Part shown: positions 13,224 to 25,900 of the stretch, piece after piece
Numbering within the stretch: the stretch's first letter is position 1
How the letters are laid out: every line of letters begins with the position of its first letter
Assembly: GCF_009914755.1 (NCBI RefSeq)
Contig: NC_060937.1
DNA length: 64,000 nt
Direction: 5' to 3' (one strand)
Origin: the human T2T-CHM13v2.0 reference genome, Homo sapiens
The notes under the pieces: generated by a model
What the model saw: the letters and a program-made list of their open reading frames with translations, nothing else
Told to the model about the DNA's origin: nothing
The model's database searches: none
Program-made: the position numbers and the translations under genes

Positions 13224-16200
13224 GGCTCCTCTACGTATTTTTAAATAGCCTGTCTTCAAGCTCACTAATTCTTCCTTCTGCTCAAACAATTCTGCTATTA
13301 AGAGAATCTGATGCATGCTATAGCATGTCAATTATATTTAGCAACTCAATAATTTATGCTTGATTCTTTTCAATTATTTCAATTTCTTTGCTAAATGTAT
13401 CTGATAGGGTTCTCAATTCCTTCTTTGTGTTATCTTGAATTTCTTTGAGTTTCCTCAAAAGAGTAATTTTGAATTCTCTGTCTGAAAGGATTGGTCCCTG
13501 GTGCCTCCTATAATTTATTGGTTGAAGTCATGTTTTTCTGGATGGTTTTGATACTTGTTAATTTTTTTAGTGTCTGGGCATTGAAGAGTTAGGTATGTAT
13601 TGTAGACTTAGCAGACTCAGCTAGTTTGTACCCGTCGTTTTGGGAAGGCTTTCCAGATATTTGAAAGGACTTTGGCATTGAGATCTAAGCAGTATCTGCA
13701 TTAGGGGAAACTCCAAGCCCAGTAATGCTGTAGTTCTTGCAGAATCATAGGCATAATGGCTTTATGGTCTTGGATAAAACTGAAAAAAATTCTCTGGATC
13801 ACCAGGCAGAAACTCTTGTTGTCTTTCTTTACTTTTTCTCAAACAAACGGATTGTCCCTCTGTTTTGAGCCATCTCGAGTTTGGGGTGGGATGAAATGAG
13901 CACCTCTGTAGCCTCTGCCTCTGAGACTGTGTTAGGTCTGACCTGAAGGCAGCACAGCACTTGGTCTCACCCCAAACCCACTGTAACCACTACCTGGCTA
14001 CTGCCTGTATTTGCTTACGTCACTGGGCAGTGACGTAAATCAGCAGGCAGTGAAGCAAGCCAGGCTTCTATCCTTTCCTTCAGGATGATGAGTTCCCTTA
14101 AGCCCTGGGTGAGTCCAGTATTATCTTCTAGGAGCCAGGGACTGAAGTGATACAGCTTAGAAGTCTACCTGCTGTTCTATTTACAGTGCAGCTGAGCTGG
14201 TACTCAACTATGGGACACAATTCTTCTCACCCTTTCCTCCTTTTTCCACAGGGAGAGGCACTTCACCTTCTGGTAACCAACACCACAGGCTTATGGGGAT
14301 TACTGCAAGGTGATGAGAGATGTTCCCTTAAGCCCCAAGTGCTCTTCAGTCATCTTGTGATGAATGCTGTCAGACCTAGGACTCACCCTTCAGTGCAGTG
14401 GACTCCTCTCTGTCCCAGGGCAGGTTCAGAAATGCTCAGAAATGCCACCCAAGAGCCAAGGCCTTGAATTCAGGACCCCAAGAGCCTACTTGGTGTTCCG
14501 ACCTATTGTGGTCAAGCTGGTACCTAGGGTGCAAAACAAAGTCCCCATTATTTTTCTCCAGCAGAGGGAGTGTCTCCTAGTAGCCAACACAGCTGGGATT
14601 ATGCCGAGTCTCACGTGAAGCCTACATGTCTTGGAGTCTCACCCAAAGCCCACAGCATATGACATGAGTATCATTGCTGATTATTCAGAGCTCAAAGGCT
14701 CTTTAGTCAGTAGGTGATGGGTCCTGCCAGGTCTAGATTCCTTCCTGCAGGCAGTGGGCTCCGTTATGGTCAGGATGTGTCTAGAAATATTATCCAGGAA
14801 CTAGGGCCTGGAAAGGGGGCCTCATGGCTCTGACCAATTTCTCTGGCTACTACTTCCAGTGCTATACTGAATAGGAGTGCTGTTGGATTCAGTTTGCTAG
14901 TATTTTGTTGAGTATTTTTTCATCTTTGGTCATCAAGGATATTGGACAGTTGTTGTCTTTTTTTACTGTGTCTTTGCTAGGTTTTAGTGTCAGGGTGATG
15001 CTAGCTTTTTAGATAACTTAGGAAACAGTCCATCTTCAAATTTTTTGGAATAGTTGTAGCGGAATTGGTACCAGCTCTTCTTTGCATGTCTGATAGAATT
15101 TGGCTGTGAATCCATCTGGTACAGGGCTTTTGTTGATTTATTTTTTTAAAATACTGCTTCAATTTTAGAACTTGATATTGGTCTATTAGGGTTTCAATTT
15201 CTTTCTTGTTCAATCTTGGGAGGTTGTGTGTTTCTGGGAATTTATTTTCTCTATATTTTCTAGTCTTTGTGCATATAGGTGTTCATAATAGTCTCAGCAT
15301 ATTTTGTATTTCTGTGAGATAGGTTGTAATGCCACCTTTGTTGTTTCTGATTTTGCTTATTTTAAACTTTTCTCTTTTGTGTTTATCTAGTTATTAGTCT
15401 ATTGATCTTGTTTATTCTTTCAAAGAACCAACCTTTGGTTTCACTGACCTTTGTATTAAATTTTGGGTCTCAATTTCATTCAGTTCTGCTCTGATTTTAG
15501 TGATTTTTTTCTGCTACCTTTGGGGTTACATTGTTCTGTTTTTTTCTAGTTCCTGTAGGTGTGACTTTAGATCATTAATTTGAGATCTTTCTAACATTTT
15601 AAGGTTGGTGATTTACACTTTAATCTTTCCTCTTAACACTGCTTTTGCTACGGCCCATAGATGTTGGTATGTTGTTTCTCTATTTATTTCAAATAATTTA
15701 ATTTCTGCCTTATTTTGTCGTTCACCTAAAAGTCATTCGGGAGAAAGTTGTTTAATTTCCATGTAATTGTGTGATTTTTGAGATTTGTGATTTTTGGTAT
15801 TGGTTTCTATGCTTATTCCACTCTGGTACAAGAGTATGGATGGCATGGATTTCATTTTTTTTTTTTTTGTGGAAATTATTGAGGCTTGCTTTATGGGAAA
15901 CTATGTGTTTGATCTTGGAGTATATTTTGTGTGCAGATGAGAATTTATATTCTGTGTCTGATAGGTGAAGTATTCTGTAGAAGTCTATTAGGTTCTGTTA
16001 GCCAAATGTTGAATATAAGTCCAAAATTTATTTGTTAATTTCTGCCTTGAAGATCTCTTTAACACTGTCAGTGGGGCACTGAAGTCCCTCGCCATTATTG
16101 TGTAGTTATGTATGTCTTGTTGTGGGTTTAGAAGTAATTACTTTATAAATCTGGGTGCTCCAATGTTGGACATGTATATATTTAGAATAGATAAGCCATC

Positions 16201-16320
16201 TTGTTAATTGAACACTTCATTATTACGTAATGCTATTCTTTATCCTTTTTTATTATTGGATTAAGGTCTGTTTTGTATGATATAGTCATAGTGACACCTG
16301 CTCATTTTTGTTTTCTTTTT

Positions 16321-16610
<290 letters not shown>

Positions 16611-17490
16611 TTGTTTTCTTTTTATGTGGTAGATTTTTTTCTCACTGTTTACATCAACCCATGTGATACAGGTCTTTTGAAAATAGAAGATGGATGGGTC
16701 TTGTATTTGTATCCATCCTGCCACTCTGTGCCTTTTAAATGGAGGCATTTAGACTGTTTAAATTCAAGGTTAATATTGATATGTGAAGTTTTAATCCTAT
16801 CATGAAGTTGTTAGCTGGTTCCTCTGTAGTTTCTACTGTGTCATTGCTTCATAGGGTCTGTGGGCTATGTTTTTTAGTATGGTTTTGTGATAGCAGGTTT
16901 CATTCTTTTATTTTGACATTTAGAACTCCCTTAAGGATCTATTGTAAGGCTTTTTTATTGGTAACTAATTCCCTTAGCCCTTGCTTGTTGGGAAAAGCAA
17001 CAAAGCAAATAATCAAATTTCTCTTTTGATTATGAAGTTTAGTTTGGTAGGATATAAAAATTCTTGGATGAAATTTTTCTTAAAGAATGGTAAAAATAGA
17101 CCCCTAATCCTTCCTGGATTGTAAGATATCTACTGATAAATCCACTGTTAGCCTGTTGGGCTTCCCTTTATACATGATCTAACCTTTTTCCCCTGGCTGC
17201 CTTTAAGAATTTTTCTTTAACATTGACTTTGGAGAGTCTGATGACTATATACCTTTGGTGATGTTTGTTTTCTACACTATCTTGCAGTTATTCTCTGGAT
17301 TTCTTGCATCTAGATACCAACCTCCCTAGGAAGAGTAGGAAATTTTTTTTTGAATTATTTGTTCACATTATTTGTTTGTCTCCTTCTCTTTTGGCAATAC
17401 CAAATAATTTTTAGGTTTGCTTACTTTGAATTATCCCAAATTTCTCAAAGACTTTGTATATTTCTAAAAATTGTTTTAAAAATTTTTGTC

Positions 17491-17610
17491 TGATTATATT
17501 TGTTAAAAAGACTGGTCTTCAAGCTCTTAAATTATTTCTTTTTCTTGGCCTGACTGTATTAGTTAGAAAGACTTGTCTTCAAGCACTTAAATTGTTTCTT
17601 TTTCTTGGTC
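17491..17610. repeat. 60-bp tandem duplication in the L1 ORF1 remnant
   Basis: Units 17491-17550 and 17551-17610 align without gaps, 52/60 identical. Confidence 0.9.
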
Positions 17611-18518
17611 CAGTCTAAATTGCTAAAGCTCTCAATTGTATTTTGAAATTCCTTAAGTGAGTTTTTCAATTCCAGATGCTCAGATTTATTTCCTTTTAGA
17701 ATGTTTATCTGTTTCATCATTTACTAGATTGCTTTAGAAGTTTCATCATGTTGATTTTCTTTGTGTTGTCTTGGATCTTTTTGAGCTTCCTTGCAATCCA
17801 TGCTTCAAATTTTTATCTATAATTTCTCAGTTTCCATTTTGATTACATTGCTGGAGAGCTCTTTCCATCCTTTGGTGTGTCATTACATTTAGATTTTTCA
17901 TGGTGCCCAAATTCTTGTGCTGTTTCCTTCTCATCTGGGGACATTAACATTTACAATTTTGTAATTATTTTCATACAGGTGAATATTTTATTTTTGTTTT
18001 ATTCCCTATATATTTTTTTTCTTTTCCTTTCCCTCTTCACTATAGGGTGTGACTCTTGAGAGTACTGAGCAGGGTCTTTTGGCTTTGTTTCTATAGCCCT
18101 ATGCACGTCTGTCACTAGGTTTTATACTGGGCTGTGCAGTTTGACCTACAAGCCAGTAGATGGTACTTACAGGTAACAGCCAGCTGCAGCCAATGTGGCT
18201 GAGTATATACTTGATCTTGTTACTGAGATAATCTCTCTGTTTCCTCAGGAAATGGGCTGATTCATGAAGTACACAGTGGTATTAGCTCCCTGCTTAGTCT
18301 TGGGGGACTGGGGCCAAGATAGGCAGGGCTGGCCTAGGCAGGTTCACCTACAGGTCCCCCAATTGCCAGCATAAGCACCAAAACTGAGGAAGAATTCAGT
18401 GGGTGGCCACCAAGCACCCACAAATATGTCTAAATGTGGATTTAGGAAGCCTTTCTGGCCCCAGGTTCTCTGCATTGGGATGGTGGCTGGTCTAAACTCC
18501 TAATTTTAGAACAGTGGG

Positions 18519-19290
18519 TGCTCCAGATGCCTGGAGATCTCCCTGTATATCAAGCATGGAGTCCCCTCCATGCACCAGGATTTCTGCACAGGAAGTGTGG
18601 GGTAGCTCAGGCCACTATTTGAGGCAAACAGGTGCTCTAGATGCCTAGAGATGGGCCTGGGTTGGAGTAGAGAGGGCTTCTATGCAAGAAGATTTCTGCA
18701 TAGGAAGAGTAGGGTGAGAGAGACTGCCAATCCCAGTGAGCAGATGTTCTGAATGCCTGGATCTCTGCCTGGGCTTAGAGCAGAAAGAACCTCACTGCAC
18801 CATGATGTAAGCCCAGGAAGAATGGGGTATATGAGACTGATGAACCAGTTGAATGATTACTCCAAATACCTGGAGATCTGCCTGGGCATGAAGCAGAAAG
18901 TTCCTCCCTGCACCATGATCTATGTCTAGGAAGAGTGGAGAAGGTAAGGCTGTCATCCAGGCAAGCAAGTGCTCTAGATGGCTGGAGGTATGCCTGGACA
19001 TGGAACAGAGAGAATCCCACTCACCACGATCTACATCTAGGAAGGGTGGGGCGAGTTGGGCTGCTAATACAGCTGAGTGGTTGCTTCAAATGCCTGGAGA
19101 TCTGTCTAAGCATGGAGCAGAGAGGGCCCCACTATACCTTGATTTATGTCCAGGAAGAGTGGGGCACCTCAGGCTGATGGTCTAGGCAAATGATGCTCCA
19201 AATGCCTGAATTTCAGCCTGAGGTTAGAGCAGAGAGGATCTTGATGCACCACTATTTCAGGGGAGCAGGCTGGTAAACCCAGTAATAGCA
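18519..19290. repeat. Degenerate ~112-bp tandem array (about 7 units) in the L1 5'UTR
   Basis: The core TGCTCCARATGCCTGGAGATCT recurs at 18519, 18633, 18745, 18858, 18970, 19082 and 19194. Confidence 0.88.
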
Positions 19291-20080
19291 CATGCAGACC
19301 AGGTCAGCACAAGCTGACCCTGGTGGCAAGTCTTGCCCAGGCAAAATTGCAGCTGTAGCAGCTCCCTTTTGCCCTAGGTTTCTGATGTGGGAAAGCACAA
19401 TTCAAAGACATGTTTCATGTTATTTTATCTGTTCTTATAATACTATATTTTATTCTATATTGAATAAGAATGAAAATAGTAAATAATGACTCAATGTAGT
19501 ATCAATTAAATATTGTAATTAAAATGCTTACACAAGTGATTGACAAAAACAGACACTAAATAAATATTGGCAATTGTTATTTGGTGGGTCCTCACTGAAT
19601 TTTCAACTTTTGTTCTTTCCTCTAGGTCAGTCTTGTTTGCATTTTGTTTCAAACTGGGTTAACCTAGCAGTAGTGTGCTATTCATTTGAGAACGTAGAAA
19701 ATAGGAATACACATTCAGTACGAATAATTCCTAATCCTAAACACAGAAATGTAAGATAAATTATACTACATAAACACCACAAGTCATGCCAAACACAGAC
19801 TTATTTTTGTTCACTGTCGTGACACTAGGGAGACATCTGACTCTTTAGCTCTGTGACACTGACATTTCCGGCTTAGAATTCATTTCCGTTAAAAATCATC
19901 TTAATATCATTTAAAATAATATGCTGTGACTTTTGGGATCTGCAAAATTATTACCGGTTAAATATAAAAGCAAGTCCATAAAAATACAAAATAAAATGAA
20001 TATTGTTTTTACCTGGCAATCCTTTGTGTCTCCACGGCATGTAATTTAGAAGAGGAGGACATGTTCTAACAGAAGGAAAG

Positions 20081-20095
20081 GGTGCCCTCTAGTGT
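20081..20095 (-). promoter_or_regulatory. Candidate CTCF-binding motif
   Basis: The minus strand reads ACACTAGAGGGCACC, close to the CTCF core CCASYAGRKGGCRS, in non-repeat DNA. Motif match only. Confidence 0.45.
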
Positions 20096-20820
20096 TTTAG
20101 TTAAAAGTGAACAATTAGCTAACATACCTCTCAAACTTATATTTATTAGATTCTCAACTGAAAATAGTCTCTAGAGTAAAGATTAGACTAAAAAAAAATA
20201 AAGCTACTAGTAGTATAAGGTGTTAGGAAAACATATGGTATTTATGATGCATTCTTCTTGAGCTTAAACATAGAAAAGTGTAGAATGAAAGATTAAGTCA
20301 ATCTATCATGTTCTCCTTTTCCATCACCTAATAAATTACAGTTACTCTATCTGTGGAGTTTGCCTCAAGCTTGGAATTGCTAAACATTTATGATAATATT
20401 GCAGCTGTCATTGTCCAAAAATACATAGATATGAACATTTTTGTCACAAAATGTTGACTGTATACATTTCCTTCAAACTGATTTTTTCAATATTTTTAGT
20501 AATAATTTTAGCCAGATTAGATTAAAACACAATATAAATTACTTTTTATATATTTAAAATACTTCACTAAATATTTTATGCATTTCTATGTCCTATTTTA
20601 TTAGAATTAATAATAATATAATGTATTGTCAATTTTCTCCCTAAATTGAATATATTTCTCTACAGTTTTCTCAAGAGGGATTTGCAGAGACAGGATGCTA
20701 TGAAATTACCTCTCCCATGCCCTCCACAGTACTAAGACTGAGGTACCTGTCTACATCAAAAGATGAGTACTACAATGCAGATGACTTAGCCAGGTGATTC
20801 TTTACCTTTACACCATCTCC

Positions 20821-21188
20821 TATTATAAGCTGAATTGTCCCCTTCCCCAAATTCATATATTGAGTTTCTAACATTCAGCTCCTCATTTAAAGACAAGATT
20901 TTTTAAAAGGTGATTAAAGTAAAATGAGGTCACTGATGTGGGCCTAATCCAATAGGACTGATATTCTTAGAAGAAAAAAGATTAAGACACAGACAGAAGA
21001 AAGACCATGTAAAGGCACAAGGAGAAGACAGCCATTTACAAGCCAAGAAGAGAGGTCTCTGAAAAACCAACCCTGCTGGCACCTTGCTCTTGGACTTCTG
21101 GCCTCCAGATTTATGAGGAAGTAAATTTCTGTTGTTCAAGCAACCTGAATTGGTTTACTTTCAAATGGCAGCCCCAACAAACTGATAG
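20821..21188 (+). mobile_element. MLT1B-like solo LTR
   Basis: 'aaaatgaggtca...cctaatccaataggactg...agaagacagccatttacaagccaag...ccctgctggcaccttg...ttggacttctggcctccag'. Confidence 0.88.
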
Positions 21189-22029
21189 GTCCGCAGAGTT
21201 CTTTTTCTTTCCACGATGTAAACATTTTAAATTCATTTTTTTCAGAAAGCATTACTTCCACCTCAATTTTGAGTTCCAGTAAACAAAACTTAAACATCAA
21301 ATGGTGATAAACAGTATAAACTTGCATCTAATACATGATAAACAAATATTAGCAATAACTTTTATTAGCTGGGCCAATGGCTTGCTCTTTCTCCGTCATT
21401 AAAGTGTCCCCAGTATATCCTCTTTTCTCCTGTTTTCTTCAAAGCCAGACAAATTGGCTCCACTTTCCAGCAAAACAGTGGGTCCATCTGTCAGTAGAGT
21501 ACAAAAAGAACAGAAAATTCCGTACCTCTAACTATATTAATCCATAGCTACATGCAATTTGCACAATCTCAGTGTGCACATATAATAACTCATATCTTAC
21601 TTTCACTTATATCTATAAATCATGGTGTCAGGGGAAGCAGACACGAGTAAACCAAAACAGATAAAGATATGTACTCACACATAAATTAAAATTCAAAAAT
21701 AACTTTTTGATTAAATAGTTCATAATTTGGAAACCTCTTTACTCAGTTTTGATTGTAAAACATAGGGATATCTCAAATAAATTGAGATCTCTATCATTCT
21801 CCTATTCATTTGTCATATTTTCAAAACAAAATTATTGAACACCTAATCTCTGCTTCACATTAGTAAATAAAAATAGATAAGTCAAGGAATTAGCATTGGG
21901 TTGGTCTTAGAGAAAAGCAAAAGAAGTGTAGTACTTGGTCAGGTAACTCTCTGATGTAAAATGTATTTTCCCCCTGTGTGTTTATCTCTCTCTCTGTATG
22001 TGTATTTCCCTAACTAGTTGTAGCCATAA

Positions 22030-22206
22030 CATTAGGTAACATGTATAAAATGCTTAGGAAAGCTCCTGGCACAAATTAAGTATTTAATAAACCAAGATAG
22101 TTAACTAATTAGCCTATTTAAATTCCAGTTTCTACATCCATGAAAAGAAGAAAAATATATTTATTTGATGCGGATGTTGTCGGGATTGAATGAGATAATG
22201 CATGTA
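22030..22206 (+). mobile_element. MIR SINE fragments
   Basis: 'tgtataaaatgcttag...cctggcacaaattaagtatttaataaa' and the core 'cagtttctacatccatgaaaa...gattgaatgagataatgcatgta'. Confidence 0.6.
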
Positions 22207-22935
22207 GCCCAAATTTTACATATACAGTTTAATTAATATTAACCCCACCCCCTAAAAAACTGCATATGATATGAACACAGGATGATTTCCACAAATTATG
22301 TTAACATCAACTGAAAAATTATTCATTTAATTCTCTTATGCAGTTGATAAACTCTGAAGTCTCAAATATACTTTGAATATAAACAACACTGATTTATCAA
22401 GCTTTCTGATTATCCTATGGGATGAGATCCATATCTAATCCTTTAGAAAAGTGAAACTTTGAAAAAGTGTCTAGTTAGTGGTGAAACGGTATTTTGACAA
22501 GACAAATTATTTCTTTTTTTGAGGTAAATTTTAATGCTGAATCAGTAGATTTATTGCACTGATTTTTTATTAGTAAAATTATTACATTCAAACTCATGCA
22601 CAGAGTATTTTACTGAATGACATTCTGTAGTAAGACCTGTTATGAATATTGCCGAGAGACACAGAGTATAATTCCTACTTGAAACTTAAATTATAAAACT
22701 CTCAAGGATCTTCTCAAATAACATTGAATAAATCCATGCTGTGTCATTGGAAGGGAAATACTTCCAAAGTATGTTACACTGATTGTCACTGTTAAACATT
22801 TTTTTATTTGTGTGTATGTGTAACGGTTGCTTTAAAACTAATTTCAGAATAAATGAAAACCAATACAAAGAATGCTAATCACGAACTTACTTTTACCTTA
22901 AAAGTTTTCACAGTTTTTTTTCTCTTTTTTTTTTC

Positions 22936-25900
22936 AAGTTGGCTGACTAGGGATGTTGGATGCCAGGTCTCCTCAGAAAGATCAAAGTTACAGGTGAATG
23001 CCCATGATTTAAATGGAAATCTGAGGGAATGAAGCAAGGACCTGTTGGAGCACCCATGGGAAGAACCTGGGGCACAAAAGAGGAAAGCAGCAAGAGACTG
23101 ACAGAGATTGTCTCCCTAGAAACCTGGACCACGAAAAGGGTAAGTCATGGCTTCTCTTGTCTCCTCACCTGTGTGACAATCTGATGTTCTCCGAAGTGTT
23201 GGGGAGCCCCTCTGCCCTCACAATCCAGACAAGGATGTCAGTGGTGATTTGGGACCTTGCTAAGGACAATAAATTGGGTGGTCAGTTCATGCAGGTATGC
23301 CCATAATCCCCTCAGACCCAAATTGAAATGGTAGGTGCCACACTGGTTTTACATGCACTGTTCTCCCCAGGGGACTTCAGCCCTTAGGTCGCCACATCAC
23401 CAGATACCCCACAAATATAGCCCATGACCTGCTTGGTCTTTGGCAACCATATGGTACCAGCAGATCCTTGAGGAGCTGTGGGTTCCTTAAAGATCTAGCC
23501 CTCAGTGTGGGCTGCCCTTAGGTAAGAGGGGAGCACAGCCCTCCAACCTGCCCTTGGGACAAAGGAAACATGGACATGGAGTCAATTGATGAAGGGGGTG
23601 GCATTGACTGCTAGAAATAGAAATGAGAAAGAGGTTATCTCCTGTTGCCCCCATCCACTGTTGCAGACACAACAGAGCGAAGGATAGGACCCATCTCCTG
23701 CTCTTTACATAAGGCAGTAGCATTCTGTCAATAAAGGGCAGACAAATCACAGAGCTGTCTGTCTGCTCTGGACCCAGGACTTAGCCCCGAACCCTGTTTT
23801 GTAGTAGCCACCAGAAGGGCATTTCTTTGGTTCTTGGCTACAGAAAGGAGGCAGAAGTTAATGATTATATGAACTAAAGGTCACAAACCCTGCAACGGGG
23901 CCCTGATATGAAAGCAGAGCATGTTCCTCCTTGCCCAGGATAAGTAGCTAGTGCAGCACCTCAACCCTGACCCCGAGATCTCAGCATACCCCAACATGCT
24001 GATTCCCTCCTTCTCTTATTAGGGTAGTTCCTCCCCTCAATTATCAGGGTCCTGGAGAGTGGGTGGCTCTTACTCTTAAGTGAAACTTACTGCGTGGAAT
24101 ACTGAACTGTACCACCAAATAAAAAGCTGCTGTCTGAAGGGCCCAGTGCTAGTGAATGAGATAAGTTTTATGAGACCTGTGTACTCTCAGCCCTGTGGAA
24201 GATAGTGTATCAGCTCATATGTCCAATACATCACTACAGCGAGCAGCATGTGAGAAAACCACAACAGAGAGGGTATCCACAACCAAGAAACCTATATAGA
24301 GACTTGGCCCCCTGAAAGCACCCAAAAATGAAGCCAAATAATCATATGCAATACACATCACAGTCATATCCTCAAGGGAAAAAAGAATAAGACATAAAAA
24401 TTCCATTCAAATGATAGCAAATTACACAAAAAATAAAAGCAACTGCTGCTTCAGATGAGAAGGAATCAGTGTGAAGACACTAGCAGAACAAAAAACCTGA
24501 GTGTTGACATCTCTGAAGGAAGACACTAATTCTTCAACAAAGGATCCTAACCAAAATGAAAATTCTAAAATGACAGATACAGAATCCAATAGGAAGCACA
24601 ATGAGATTCAAGAAAAAATTGAAAATCAAAGCAAAGAAACCGGAAAAATGATTCAGGATATAAAAGAAGAGATTGCTATATTTAATTGAAAAACAAGTAG
24701 AAATTCTGGAATTGGAAAATTTACTAAAGAAATTTCAAAATATAGTTGGAAGCTTTACTAAGACTAGACCAAGCAGAAGAAAAATTTTCAGACCTTGAAG
24801 ATCTGTTTTTTGAATTAACCTAGTCAGACAAAAATAAAGAAAAAAATTGTTTTTAAATAAATAAAACTTTAGAGAAATATGGGATTACCTAAGTTGACCA
24901 AAGCTTATAAAGCATTCTTGAGAGAGAAGAAAAAGTAAGCAAATTGAAAAAATGTGTATTTGAGAGAATAATTCAGGAAAATTTCCCTAGTCTTCCCAGA
25001 GAGGTAGACACCCAGATACAAGAAATTTAGAGAACACCTGTAAGATAATGTACAAGAAAAACTTCACCAAGACATATGGTCATCAGACTATCAAAGTCAA
25101 CACTAAAAAAAAAAAAAAATTCTTAAAGGCAGTTAGATAAAAGGGTCAAATCACCTATAAAGGTACACCCATCAAACTAACAGTGGATTTCTCAGCAGAA
25201 ACCTTACATGCCAGAAGAGATTGTGAGCCTACTTTTAGCCTCCTTAAAGAAAAATAATTCCAGCCAAAATTTTATATCCTGCCAAACTATGCTTAATAAA
25301 TAAATGAGTAATCAAGTCATTCCCACACAAGGAAATGCTAAGGGCAATTGTCACAACGAGACTGGTCCTACAAAAAATGCTCAGAGTAGTTCTAAATATG
25401 GAAGTGAAAAGATGATACTTGCTACAATAAAAGCACTCATAAATACAAAGTACACATACCCTATAAAGCAAATACACTATTGAGACTACAAAGCAACTAC
25501 CTAAAAACACTATGACAGGAACAAAACCTCACATGTCAATATTAACTTTGAATGTAAATGGCCTAAATGCTCCACTTAAAAGATGTAGATTGGCAAATTG
25601 GATAAAAATAAAAACCCAACCATCTGCTGCCCTCAAAGGACCCTTAATGAATAATGACACCCACAGGCTCAAAGTAAGAGAAAAATATGTTATGCAAATG
25701 GAAAACCAAAAAGACCAGGCATTGTTATTGTTTTACTATATAAAACATACTTTAAATCAACAACAGTAAAACAAAACAAAACAAAACGTAACAAAACAAA
25801 TTAAAGAAGGGCATTATATAATGATAAAGGGGTTAATTCAACAAGAACATTTAACTATCTTAAATATATACACAGCCATCACCAGAGCACACAGATTTAT

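Noticed and set aside
18519-19290. CRISPR-like array (regular spacing, recurring core)
   Set aside because: The intervening sequences are homologous to each other rather than unique spacers, the cores are degenerate, no cas genes are present, and the array is inside an L1 5'UTR.
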